From an uncultured Chloroflexia bacterium (GTDB lineage Bacteria > Chloroflexota > Limnocylindria > Limnocylindrales > CSP1-4): a DNA stretch of 64,000 nt. Below are positions 29,380 through 39,144 of this stretch, in pieces (within the stretch, counting starts at the first letter, position 1; each line of letters opens with the position of its first letter). Position numbers and translations under genes: made by a program. The notes beneath the pieces are model-generated. The model had not been told where the DNA came from. It made no database searches and saw nothing but the letters and a program-made list of their open reading frames with translations. The stretch is taken from the NCBI GenBank assembly GCA_963813535.1, contig CAWEZH010000003.1:864001-928000 (forward strand). Direction: 5' to 3'.

Positions 29380-30764
29380 CCGAGGATGCGGCCCCACATG
29401 ACGCCCCAGGCGTTGACCGCGATCGAGACGACCACCAGCCCGATCACCAGAGGCATCGCCCAGACGCGGCGGCGAGCGCGATCCACGAGCCACGAGGATC
29501 CGATCGCCATGAGGACGAGCGCGAACGGCACGACATCGTTGCTGAACCGGTAGCCGAACTGGACCCAGCCCTGGCTGAAGTGCATCAGGTTGGCGATCGA
29601 CACGAGGGCGATCGCGAGCAGCGCGGCCACGACGATCCGGCGGCGGCGGCGATCGAACCAGGCAGGGATGGCGAGGAGGAATGCAGGGCTCGTCAGGAGC
29701 ACGCTCATCCCCGTGTCGCGCGGGAGCGCGAGCGGACAGTCAGCGGTGAACAGGCCGCGCGCGGCACTCGGAGCCGTGCACAACGGCCGATCCAGCGTGC
29801 CGAGTGTGTCGCGCTGGCGCTGCGGGAGGATCTCGGGCGTGCCGAGCACCATGATCCCGAGGTTCTGGGGCACGTAGCGGGGGTCCTCGGCGGCCCAGTC
29901 GAGGTGGTAGCCGAGCCCGGTGTATGCGCGTGCCTCGAGCTGATACAGGTGGTCGTAGGCGGGATGGAACACCTGCCCGGTGGTGACGACGTTGTAGGCC
30001 AGGAGGGCACCGACCGGGATCGCCGCGCCAAGAGCGACCAACAGCCCGCGTCGTCGCCAGTCCCGACCCGGGCCGACCAGGATGAAGAACGGCAGCGCGA
30101 GGATGATCGTCAGGCGCGCGGTCGCCGCCAGACCGACGGTGGCGCCGATCAGGAATGCCCGTGGCCCGCCGCTCCCGCGCTGCGTGCCGGGGCGGGGATC
30201 GTCGGTGTCGGCACGCGCGTCAGCGTCGGCACCGAGCGCCAGACCGACGGCGAGCATCGTCAGCCCGACCGCGACGATGTGCGCCTGATACCAGGTCGTG
30301 GTGTTCTGGGCCGTGTACCAGAACACCGTCCCGAACGCGAAGAACATAGTGGTCGCCGCCCGGACGACCGTCGATACGCCGAGCCGCCCGATCATCCACC
30401 AGCAGATCGCGACGTCGACCCCGGCCAGGACGGTGAAGACCAGCTGGTCATCGGCGTCGAGCCCCGACATCGCCACGAACGGCACCAGGACGAGCGCCGG
30501 CAGCGGTGGGAACGGGATCAGACCGCGCTCGATACCGTCGACGCGGCCGATCGGCAGGACGTCCTGGAAGAACCAGTTGCCGAAGCGCTCGGCCGTGCTG
30601 GCGATCGGGTAACGGATCCCGGCCTGCCCCTCGAGGAAGGCGGACGCCTGCCAGACGAAGTGGTCGTAGTACCGGTCCACGAACGTGATCCGGTAGACCG
30701 CGAACGCGGCGACGGCCAGCAGGACGCCGCCGACCGCCAGGAGGGCGGACGTCGACCGTGACAC
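29373..30764 (-). CDS. Multi-TM GT-C-like membrane protein
   Basis: N-terminal loop YDHFVWQA, PFPPLPA, QFGYRF; many TMs; glycosyltransferase context. Start uncertain. Confidence 0.55.
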   Translation of the reverse strand: MSRSTSALLAVGGVLLAVAAFAVYRITFVDRYYDHFVWQASAFLEGQAGIRYPIASTAERFGNWFFQDVLPIGRVDGIERGLIPFPPLPALVLVPFVAMSGLDADDQLVFTVLAGVDVAICWWMIGRLGVSTVVRAATTMFFAFGTVFWYTAQNTTTWYQAHIVAVGLTMLAVGLALGADADARADTDDPRPGTQRGSGGPRAFLIGATVGLAATARLTIILALPFFILVGPGRDWRRRGLLVALGAAIPVGALLAYNVVTTGQVFHPAYDHLYQLEARAYTGLGYHLDWAAEDPRYVPQNLGIMVLGTPEILPQRQRDTLGTLDRPLCTAPSAARGLFTADCPLALPRDTGMSVLLTSPAFLLAIPAWFDRRRRRIVVAALLAIALVSIANLMHFSQGWVQFGYRFSNDVVPFALVLMAIGSSWLVDRARRRVWAMPLVIGLVVVSIAVNAWGVMWGRILGW

Positions 30765-30850
30765 AACCAGACGCTGTCGGGAGTCTCTGGGGTGACCCTG
30801 TGCTACGCTCAGATCCACCTTCCACGCTCGTGCAGGAGCCGTTCTCCCCG

Positions 30851-33800
30851 GTGACTGGCCCCGATCCCGGTGTGTACGAGCGAGGCACGGGAGCGCCGCC
30901 TCGGTCGACCGGGATACAGGGGGCCGTCGGCGCGGTCCTGATCGCCCTCGCTCTCGGACTCGCCATCCGGCTCATCCTTTTATACCTGCTTCCCGGTTCA
31001 GGCTTCGCCGTCGACCTCGCCTCGTTCAAGTTCTGGGCCGACGATCTGGCGAAGAACGGCCTGTCCGGGTTCTACGAACGCGACTTCTTCCACGACTACA
31101 CGCCCGGTTACCTGTACGTCCTGTGGGTCGTCGGGACGATCGGCCGGGCGGCCGGAGACATCGGTGACCTGATCAAGGTCCCGCCGATCCTGGCCGACCT
31201 CGGGATCGCCTACCTGGTCTGGTCGATGATCAGGGAGCTCGGCGCGCGGGACCGGCTGGCGCTGCTCGGCGCGGTCGTCGTGATGGTCAACCCGATCCTC
31301 TGGTTCGACAGCGTCGTGTGGGGCCAGGTCGACTCGGTCGGCGTCCTGTTCCTCATGCTCGGGCTCCGCGCGCTCTGGCACGACCGCCCGGAACGGGCCG
31401 CGATCTTCGCGGTCATCGCCGCGATCGTGAAGCCGCAGCTGGGCATCCTCATCCCGATCGTGGCCGTCGTGACCATCCGGCGCGCGCTGCGCCCGGTCCC
31501 GCACGATCCCGACGGCGCGGCCTCCGCGAGCCGGTGGCGGCAACTCGAGGCGCGGACCGGGCATCCGCTCCGGATCGTGACGACGGGGATCGCCGGTTAC
31601 CTGACTGCGCTCGTGCTCTGCCTGCCGTTCGGGTTGAGCGTGATCGAGCTGTCTCCGGCGGCGCCATTCTTCGCGTCCGGGCTGCTGGACCAGATCGCGC
31701 TCGCGGGCGGCGGCTACCCGTATCTCACGGTCAACGCGTACAACGCCTGGGCCATCGTTCCCGGCGACCTCGGGGTCAGTCTCGCCGCCGGAGGCCAATG
31801 GGTATGCGACGCGGCGAGCCTGCCGGCAGACAGATGCGGAGCCGGCATCGCCCAGTTCGGCGGCGTGCCGGCCGTCGCGATCGGTGCGGCATTGCTGGTC
31901 GTGGTCATCCTGACCGTCCTGTTGGCCGTGTGGCGCCACCCGGACCGCCTCACGATCACCGTCGGACTGGCCGTCATCGCCCTGGCCTTCTTCGCAGCCC
32001 CGACCCGCGTCCACGAGCGCTACGGGTTCCCGTTCTTCGCGCTGGGGGCGATCCTCTTCGCGGTGTCGTGGCGGTGGCGGATCGCCTACGTGATCCTGAC
32101 CGTCGCGACGTTCGCCAACATGTACGTCGTCCTCACGACGATCTATCCGCCCGCCGACCCGTCGACCAGCCCGATCCGCGACTGGCTTGCGGTGGGTCCA
32201 TTGATCCGCTCCCAGATCGGCGTGACCGTCGTGGCGGTGATGCATACGGCAGCGGCGGCATGGGCGTGGACGCAGCTACGACCGGCGGCTCGGGAACGGC
32301 TCGAGGAGGAGCTCTACGCGGCTGCCCGCATGGAGCCGCGCGGGGAAGGGACGGACGTGGATCCCGTCCGCGAGGTCGCGCCACGAGCCGGCCTGCTGTC
32401 GCTCGCCACCGCGGGCGGGCTCGGGAGCTCGGGAGCATCGTCCGTGGCGGCGTCGCCGACGACCCTGCCGACGTGGTCCGAGCCGGCGCGCTTCGAGGAC
32501 GTCGGCGTGACCGGCTGGATCGCCGACCGCTTGCGGGCCACACCGTTCCGTGCGGATCGCAGCCGAACGCTCAGCACGGAGGGCGGCGGCCGCTTCGACC
32601 GCCTCGATGCCTGGATCATGGTCGTGCTCATCCTCGCGACCCTGGGGATCCGCACGTTCCGGCTCGCCGAGCCGTACCAGATGCACTTCGACGAGGTCTA
32701 TCACGCGCGGACCGCGACCGAGTTCCTGCAGGGCTGGCGATACGACGAGTCACACGACATCTACGAATGGACCCATCCGCACCTCGCCAAGTACGCGATG
32801 GCTGGCGGTATCGCGCTGTGGGGCGGCGACCACGTCAGGGCGACTGCCGAGCTTGGCGTCCCGGTCCGCGCGGTCGAGATCGAGCCACGCCGCGACGATG
32901 GGGCGGGGCGCGCCGGCGAAAGATTGCACCTCGCGACGGGCACCGAGATCCGAACCGAGGACCTGCGCACGCGTCAGACGGTCGGGACCGTGCCGGCCCC
33001 GGGTGTCGGCGCCCTGGCGCTCGACCCGACGCAGGAACGACTCGTCCTGGGCTCCGACGACGGCGTCATCTCGACCCTGGACCTGACCACCGTCGCGGCC
33101 GACGGCAGCGCGGTGCTCGACGAGCTGGTCACCCTTCCGCACCCCGTCGACCATCTCCTCGTCGCCGACGATGGGACGATCGTCGCGGCGTCCGAGCTGG
33201 ACGTGACGACCCTCGACGGCACGACGGGCGATGTCCTTGGCACCGCCGAGTTCGAGGGCGTGGCCGACCTCGCCCCCGGAGGTTCCGGCCCGGTCCTCCA
33301 GGGCGACCCGGCGGCGATGGAGGATCCGCGGGCGGTCGCCGAAGCCGTCGCGGGGCTGATCGGCGGTGACGCCCTCGACTACGAGTCGCGCATCGAGCTG
33401 GCGTCGCCCGGTGCCAGGGTCCTCTTCGGCAGCCCTGGCAGCGGCGAGACGCGGACCGCCGTCGACGAGGCGATCACCGACGGGCGCCTGCCCGGCGTCG
33501 AGGTCGTCGAGCTGCCGCGCATCGCGGTCGCGACCAGCACCGGGGTCGCGTTCATCGACGGCGCGTCGGGCGACACGACCACCACCCTGCCGATCGATAG
33601 GGGCGCGCATGGCCTCGGGCTCGTCACCGGCGTCGGGGACAGCCAGCTGTACGTCTCGAGCGGGTCGGCCGACGATCCGACCTACCACGTGCTCCAGGTC
33701 GCCGGCAAGGACGCGGAGAACGGGCCGGTCGACCGAGGCAGCCACCCACTGCCCGGGCTGGGGTCGAAGGTCGCGTATGACGCCGCGACCCAGCAGGTCC

Positions 33801-36229
33801 ACATCCTCGGGCTGGAACCACCCGCTCGGGCGGCCGCCAGCAGCCAGGACTGGACCGTCTACGTCGTCGAGCCGCACGCGAACGCCGTGTATGCCGACGC
33901 GGCCCTGCCAGAGGGTTTCACGCCCGTCGATTGGGCGATGGACGTCGAGCCCGACTACCAGGCCGACGACCGTCAGGACCTCCTCGTGTTCGACGGCGAG
34001 GGGGCGGTCGCCGCCATCGATGTCGGGTCGCACGCCTTCGCATGGCGCCTGCCGGGGGTCATCGCCGGCGTCCTCATGGCCGTCTGCCTGTATGCGCTGG
34101 CGCGCATCCTCTTCGCGCGTCGCAGCGTCGCCGTCGCCGTCGCCGGGCTCGCCGTGGTCGAGGGGATGTTCTTCGTCCAATCGCGGATCGGCATGAACGA
34201 TGCGTACGTGGGCCTGTTCATCGTGGCCGCCTACACGCTCTTCGCCGCGATCTGGACCGGCTGGTGGCGGAGTCGCCTCGCGTTCTGGGTCGCGATGCCT
34301 GTGATCGGTGTCCTGCTCGGGCTCGCGCTCGCGTCGAAATGGGTCGCCGCCTACGCGATCGGGGCGCTGGTGCTGTTGCTGCTGGTCCGCAGCGCGCTCG
34401 GTCGCGTCGTGGCCATCCTCGGGTTGATCGCGATCACCGGGGCGCTCGGGTATCTCGCGATGGCCGGTGACGGGTTCGGCAACCTGCCGTTCCTCGTGAT
34501 CATGATCGGCCTGACCCTCCTCGCCGTCGTCGTCGCGATCTTCCATCCGATCCGCTGGACGGACGAGGAGATGTGGCTGGCGTTGATCGCGCCGGCTGCC
34601 ATCGGGGCGGCCCTGTTCTTCGGCGCACTCGGTCTCGGACGCCTCGACATGACGATCGCGCTCGGGCCGGTGTCGGTCACGCCGTTGCTCGCCGCGATCG
34701 CGGCGTCCCTGGGCTCGGTGGTCGTCTACGTCGCGTTCCGCGCCGGTGGGGCCATGGGCTACGGACCGCTGGCCCCGCCACCCGCCCGGGGCGATCCCGC
34801 ACGATCGCTCGACCCACCCGGCGATGCCCCGACAGGCTGGCTGCGCCCCGGCTGGGCGTACGGCATCCCCATCGTGTGGACGGCGGTCTCGCTGGTCGCC
34901 ATCCCGCTCGGCGTGTATCTCGTGAGCTACCTGCCGTGGGCCGCGATCGGCAACCATCGCCTGTGGGACGGCTACCCGGCCGGGCACACCGGGCAGACGC
35001 TCGTCGAGCTCACGCGACAGATGTACGACTACCACAACGGCCTGACGTCACCGCACCCGGCGTCGTCGCCGTGGTGGGCCTTCCCGTTCGACCTCAAACC
35101 CGTGTGGTTCTTCCAGGAGGGGTTCGCCGGCGGGACGAGCGGCGCGATCTACGACTCCGGCAACCTGGTGATCTGGTGGCTCGGTGTCGCCGCGCTCGTG
35201 TTCGTCTCGATCATGGCCTACCGACGGCGGTCACCCGCCCTGACGCTCATCGCCATCGGCTTCGCCGGCCAGTGGGTGCCCTGGGCCCGCATCGACCGCG
35301 CGGCTTTCCAGTACCACTACTACACGGCGCTGCCGTTCGTGATCCTGGCGCTGGCCTATCTCATCGCCGAGCTGTGGCACGGGCCGTCGCGCCGGACATG
35401 GATGTGGGTCCGGATCAGCGCCGCTGTGGCGGTGATCGGTCCGGCCGCGATGTGGCTCCTGTCGCGACCGCTGTGCGCGCTGGTGGGCGTGACGATCGCC
35501 AACCCGGGTTCGCAGGCCTGCCCCGCCGTGATCCCCGACTTCGTGCTGACCATTCGGACGGTGGCCATGCTCGCGGTGCTCCTCGTCGGGGGCATCGCGC
35601 TCTGGCTGTGGCTGAACAGGATGCGCTCGGGATCCGGCGATGACGACGCACGGTCGTCGACCCTGCCGCTGGTAGCGACGGCCGTCGGGCTGGCCGTGGG
35701 TATCGGTGTCGCCTCCTTGCTCCCTGATACGGCGATCCTCACGTGGCGCGGGATCCCGGTCGAGCCGGTCGCACTGCTCGTCCTGCTCCCGCTGCTGTAT
35801 CTGGCGGGTCAGGTGCTGGCGGCGCGCGATGCCCGCCGCTTCGTCGTCGGCATCGGCGCGGCGGTCGCCGTCTGGTTCGTGGTCTGGTATCCGAACCTCT
35901 CCGCGCTCCCGCTGCCGTCGACCGTCGTGAACGCGTACCAGGGCTTCCTGCCGACATACCTGTACGCGTTCCAGTTCCCGGTGAACACGGCCACCCGACC
36001 CGCGGCTCCGCTGCTCAGCCCGATCCCGATCGCGCTGACGTTGGCGCTGGCCGTGACGTGCCTCGTGGTGGCTTACTCCGCGTCGGTCTGGCGGCTGGCG
36101 CTGGCGGGATCGCGGACCGATGCCGGCTCCGGCGGACCCGGAGCGTCGTCGGGACCGGCGGGAGGCGAAACGGGCGCCAAGGCGGACGGCGGGGTCGATG
36201 GTCTGGCCCGGACCGGCGGCGGCGCCTGA
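30851..36229 (+). CDS. Giant double GT-C fusion: ALG6/GT87-like domain plus PMT (GT39) domain with a large inserted beta-rich domain
   Basis: N-half: DYTPGY, WGQVDS, KPQ, HERY. C-half: HFDEVYH, SRIGMND, LASKW, HPASSPWW, FQYHYY. GTG after AGGAG. Confidence 0.78.
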   Translation: MTGPDPGVYERGTGAPPRSTGIQGAVGAVLIALALGLAIRLILLYLLPGSGFAVDLASFKFWADDLAKNGLSGFYERDFFHDYTPGYLYVLWVVGTIGRAAGDIGDLIKVPPILADLGIAYLVWSMIRELGARDRLALLGAVVVMVNPILWFDSVVWGQVDSVGVLFLMLGLRALWHDRPERAAIFAVIAAIVKPQLGILIPIVAVVTIRRALRPVPHDPDGAASASRWRQLEARTGHPLRIVTTGIAGYLTALVLCLPFGLSVIELSPAAPFFASGLLDQIALAGGGYPYLTVNAYNAWAIVPGDLGVSLAAGGQWVCDAASLPADRCGAGIAQFGGVPAVAIGAALLVVVILTVLLAVWRHPDRLTITVGLAVIALAFFAAPTRVHERYGFPFFALGAILFAVSWRWRIAYVILTVATFANMYVVLTTIYPPADPSTSPIRDWLAVGPLIRSQIGVTVVAVMHTAAAAWAWTQLRPAARERLEEELYAAARMEPRGEGTDVDPVREVAPRAGLLSLATAGGLGSSGASSVAASPTTLPTWSEPARFEDVGVTGWIADRLRATPFRADRSRTLSTEGGGRFDRLDAWIMVVLILATLGIRTFRLAEPYQMHFDEVYHARTATEFLQGWRYDESHDIYEWTHPHLAKYAMAGGIALWGGDHVRATAELGVPVRAVEIEPRRDDGAGRAGERLHLATGTEIRTEDLRTRQTVGTVPAPGVGALALDPTQERLVLGSDDGVISTLDLTTVAADGSAVLDELVTLPHPVDHLLVADDGTIVAASELDVTTLDGTTGDVLGTAEFEGVADLAPGGSGPVLQGDPAAMEDPRAVAEAVAGLIGGDALDYESRIELASPGARVLFGSPGSGETRTAVDEAITDGRLPGVEVVELPRIAVATSTGVAFIDGASGDTTTTLPIDRGAHGLGLVTGVGDSQLYVSSGSADDPTYHVLQVAGKDAENGPVDRGSHPLPGLGSKVAYDAATQQVHILGLEPPARAAASSQDWTVYVVEPHANAVYADAALPEGFTPVDWAMDVEPDYQADDRQDLLVFDGEGAVAAIDVGSHAFAWRLPGVIAGVLMAVCLYALARILFARRSVAVAVAGLAVVEGMFFVQSRIGMNDAYVGLFIVAAYTLFAAIWTGWWRSRLAFWVAMPVIGVLLGLALASKWVAAYAIGALVLLLLVRSALGRVVAILGLIAITGALGYLAMAGDGFGNLPFLVIMIGLTLLAVVVAIFHPIRWTDEEMWLALIAPAAIGAALFFGALGLGRLDMTIALGPVSVTPLLAAIAASLGSVVVYVAFRAGGAMGYGPLAPPPARGDPARSLDPPGDAPTGWLRPGWAYGIPIVWTAVSLVAIPLGVYLVSYLPWAAIGNHRLWDGYPAGHTGQTLVELTRQMYDYHNGLTSPHPASSPWWAFPFDLKPVWFFQEGFAGGTSGAIYDSGNLVIWWLGVAALVFVSIMAYRRRSPALTLIAIGFAGQWVPWARIDRAAFQYHYYTALPFVILALAYLIAELWHGPSRRTWMWVRISAAVAVIGPAAMWLLSRPLCALVGVTIANPGSQACPAVIPDFVLTIRTVAMLAVLLVGGIALWLWLNRMRSGSGDDDARSSTLPLVATAVGLAVGIGVASLLPDTAILTWRGIPVEPVALLVLLPLLYLAGQVLAARDARRFVVGIGAAVAVWFVVWYPNLSALPLPSTVVNAYQGFLPTYLYAFQFPVNTATRPAAPLLSPIPIALTLALAVTCLVVAYSASVWRLALAGSRTDAGSGGPGASSGPAGGETGAKADGGVDGLARTGGGA

Positions 36230-37380
36230 GGGATCGCGGCGCGGAACCCTTCCGGCAGCGAGCCGGACGCCGCAAGCCGGCGGATGACGAAGCCGTAGTA
36301 GTCCTCTACCTTGGCCGTCACGCGTGGCCAGGAGAACTCCTCGGCCCGGGCCCGGCCGGCGGCGCCCATCTGCTCGCGTAGCGCCGGGTCGCTCAGCAGC
36401 GTGTCGAGCGCGATGGCGAGCTCGCGTGGCTGGCGCGGTGGCACCAGCAGTCCCTCACGCCCGCGCCGGACGACGCCCTTGTAGCCGTGGATGTCCGAGG
36501 CCACGATCGGGGTGCCGGCGGCCATCGCCTCGAGCAGGACGATGCCGAAGGACTCGCCGCCCGTCGCGGGTGAGGCGTAGACGTCGGCGGTCCTGTACAG
36601 CTGCGCCTTCTCGTCGTCCGAAACGCGGCCGAGGAACTCCACGCCGTTGAGCCCGCGCGTCGCGACGTAGCGCCTGGCCTCACGCTCCTGCGGGCCGGAC
36701 CCCACGATCAGCAGCCGCGATTCGCTCCCGGTCCGGCGCAGGATCCGATGCGCCTTGAGGAGGTCGAGCAGCCCCTTGCGCGGCTCGTGTCGGCCGACGA
36801 AGAGCACGTTCGGTGTGCCGTCCTGCCAGCGCGCGATGGGGACGGCGCCGGCGAACCTGCCGACGTCGACCCCGTTGGGGATGACCTTGTAGTCGCCCGG
36901 GAAGAACCGGTCGATGAAATGGCGCGCCGCGGCACTGACCGCGATCCGGCCGTGGAGCCGTTGCGCATGGCCACGCAGCGCACGGCTGCCGAACTCATAG
37001 GAGGGCGAGAAGCCGGCATACGCATGGAACGTGGCGACGTTGACGCTGGTCGATTCACGCAGCAGGAACAGCGACAGGAACGGCACGAACGGCTCGTGGA
37101 GATGGAGCACGTCGAACCGCTCGCGCTCGAGCATCGCGCCGATCTGACCGAGGTAGCGGGGCGAGAACGTGAGCGTGCCGACGGAGGCGTTGATCGGCAC
37201 CGAGAACCCGACCCCGAGCCGGATGATGTCGCCCTCCGACGAGCGCTGCGGTCCATGGCTCGCCGTCAGGATGCGGACGTCGTGGCCGCGTTGTCGCAGG
37301 TTCTGGTAGAGGTACTGGACGTGCTGGGCGACGCCGCCGCTGGCCGGGTAGATGTACGGGCAGACGAGGCCGATCTTCAC
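36073..37380 (-). CDS. pimA: GT4 phosphatidyl-myo-inositol mannosyltransferase-like protein
   Basis: KIGLVCPY…GGV, DVLHLHEP, VATFH, GRIAVS, EPRKG, GGESFGIVLLEAMAAG; pgsA/patA context. Confidence 0.78.
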   Translation of the reverse strand: MKIGLVCPYIYPASGGVAQHVQYLYQNLRQRGHDVRILTASHGPQRSSEGDIIRLGVGFSVPINASVGTLTFSPRYLGQIGAMLERERFDVLHLHEPFVPFLSLFLLRESTSVNVATFHAYAGFSPSYEFGSRALRGHAQRLHGRIAVSAAARHFIDRFFPGDYKVIPNGVDVGRFAGAVPIARWQDGTPNVLFVGRHEPRKGLLDLLKAHRILRRTGSESRLLIVGSGPQEREARRYVATRGLNGVEFLGRVSDDEKAQLYRTADVYASPATGGESFGIVLLEAMAAGTPIVASDIHGYKGVVRRGREGLLVPPRQPRELAIALDTLLSDPALREQMGAAGRARAEEFSWPRVTAKVEDYYGFVIRRLAASGSLPEGFRAAIPQAPPPVRARPSTPPSALAPVSPPAGPDDAPGPPEPASVRDPASASRQTDAE

Positions 37381-38180
37381 GACGCTGCCGGCGGTTCGTA
37401 GCGTGGTGGGCGCGCCCGGCCGCCCGGATAGCCATGATCCCGCCCCGTTCCCGAGCGGCGGACGCGCCCGGCCACCTCGTCCCGCGCGTCGACGGCACGC
37501 TTGCGGAGCTGTCGGCCGAAGACCCCGACCTGGCCCGCGGCGCCATGGAACGAGCCGCCATGGTCGGTCTGATGGGCGAGGATCGCGGCCCGGAGCTCGT
37601 CGGCGGTCGAGCCCGGGAAGGATGTCCATCCGGCCCCGACCGCCTCGAGCGCGTGCGCGTCACTGTTGCCGATGCGGGCGAGTCCGTGGTCGTCGGCGAA
37701 ACGCACGACACGATCGTGCCATGGCCGTCCCAGCGCCGTCGGGTTGAACGTCTCCAGCGCATCGGGCCGGACGGCCACATCGGGGTCGTCAAGGAGCCGT
37801 CGCAGGACGAAGCCCTGGGCACACAGCGGGTAGGGCACGAGCGGGTGCGCGGGGATCGCCAGGCCACCTGCCTCGTGGACGTCGGCGATCGTCCGCCCGA
37901 GCGTCCGGTACGGCGCGATCCGCCGCTCGATGAACAGCGCGAGGAGGTGCCCGCCAAGGGTCGTCACCTCCTCGCCGACGACGACCTCGACCGGCAGCCC
38001 CCGGTCCCGCGCCATCGCCCGACCCGCGACAGCGGCGTCGATGCGCTCGTGGTCGGTGATGGCGATGACGTCGAGCTCGCCACGGGCGGCGACGTGCTCG
38101 ATGATCGACATGACGTCGGCGATGCCGTCCGACGCGACGGTGTGGATGTGCAGGTCGGCGCGCCCGGCTCGCTCGCTCAC
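37377..38180 (-). CDS. PHP-domain metallophosphoesterase
   Basis: DLHIHT, AITDH, GEEV, GHLL, AHP, NSDAH. Confidence 0.88.
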   Translation of the reverse strand: MSERAGRADLHIHTVASDGIADVMSIIEHVAARGELDVIAITDHERIDAAVAGRAMARDRGLPVEVVVGEEVTTLGGHLLALFIERRIAPYRTLGRTIADVHEAGGLAIPAHPLVPYPLCAQGFVLRRLLDDPDVAVRPDALETFNPTALGRPWHDRVVRFADDHGLARIGNSDAHALEAVGAGWTSFPGSTADELRAAILAHQTDHGGSFHGAAGQVGVFGRQLRKRAVDARDEVAGRVRRSGTGRDHGYPGGRARPPRYEPPAAS

Positions 38181-39142
38181 GGGGCCGCCGTCGTCGGACC
38201 GTGCTCGTGGGTGTCGCCCGCGAGATCGGGCCAGATCGGGAAGAAGACCGCCCACCATTGTTCGGGCGCATCCTCGATGACCCGCTCGAATGCGCGGGCG
38301 ATCGACGCCGTCGCGGCGGTCGCACGCTCCCGGCGCGAACCGTCGGCCGGTACATCGATCCGCTCAAGCCGTCCGATGTAGCGCCCCGGTGTGGTGCGCC
38401 GGACGGCCGTGACGTAGGCGGGTGCCCCGGTCTCGATCGCGAGCAGGGCCGGGCCCAGCGGCAGCCGGGCCGGCGCCCCGAACAGCTCGGTGAGCGTGCC
38501 ACCGCCCGTCAGGTCCCGGTCCCCGACCAGGCCGACGTACGTCCCCGCACGCAGCGCCGCCGTCAGCTCGCGACGCGCCTCGCGGAGTCCGACGATGCGC
38601 ACCCCGGCCGCCCCGCGGGTGCGCACGAACCACTCCTGCAGCTCCGGGTCGTCGAGCGTCTCCATCGGCCCGACCGCCTGACCGACGCGCGACGCCATGA
38701 ACAGCGCAGGCAGTTCGATCGCGCCGAAGTGGAGCCCGATGAACATCGCCGGACGGCCGGGCGTGAACGCCTCCTCGACCGTCTCCGGCGTCTCGACGGC
38801 CATCAGCTCGAGGATCTCGGAACCGGTGATGGCCGGCGTCCGCGCGACCTCGAGGTAATAGCGGGCCGCGTGGCGGTACGCGAGACGGACGAGGCGCTCG
38901 AGAGCGCGGGGATCGCGCGCGGCTGCTCGGGCAAGCGGGGTGCCGCGGTCGTTGGCGGCCAGCCAGGCCACGACCCGAGCCAGGTTCCGGCGCGCCTGTG
39001 CCGCGCGCTTGGGGGTCACCCGGTACCACACGTCGCCGGCGAACTCGGCGAGCGCGATCAGCGGCCGTTCTGGCAGGTGGCAGGCCAGCCACGACGCACC
39101 TCGGAGCGCGCGACCGCGAAGCCGGCGGCCGAGCTTGCGCAT
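38177..39142 (-). CDS. PatA/LpxL-family acyltransferase (copy 2)
   Basis: LHFGAIE, LVGDRDL, LFG…LPLGPA, PEQWW. Confidence 0.82.
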   Translation of the reverse strand: MRKLGRRLRGRALRGASWLACHLPERPLIALAEFAGDVWYRVTPKRAAQARRNLARVVAWLAANDRGTPLARAAARDPRALERLVRLAYRHAARYYLEVARTPAITGSEILELMAVETPETVEEAFTPGRPAMFIGLHFGAIELPALFMASRVGQAVGPMETLDDPELQEWFVRTRGAAGVRIVGLREARRELTAALRAGTYVGLVGDRDLTGGGTLTELFGAPARLPLGPALLAIETGAPAYVTAVRRTTPGRYIGRLERIDVPADGSRRERATAATASIARAFERVIEDAPEQWWAVFFPIWPDLAGDTHEHGPTTAAP

Positions 39143-39144
39143 GG

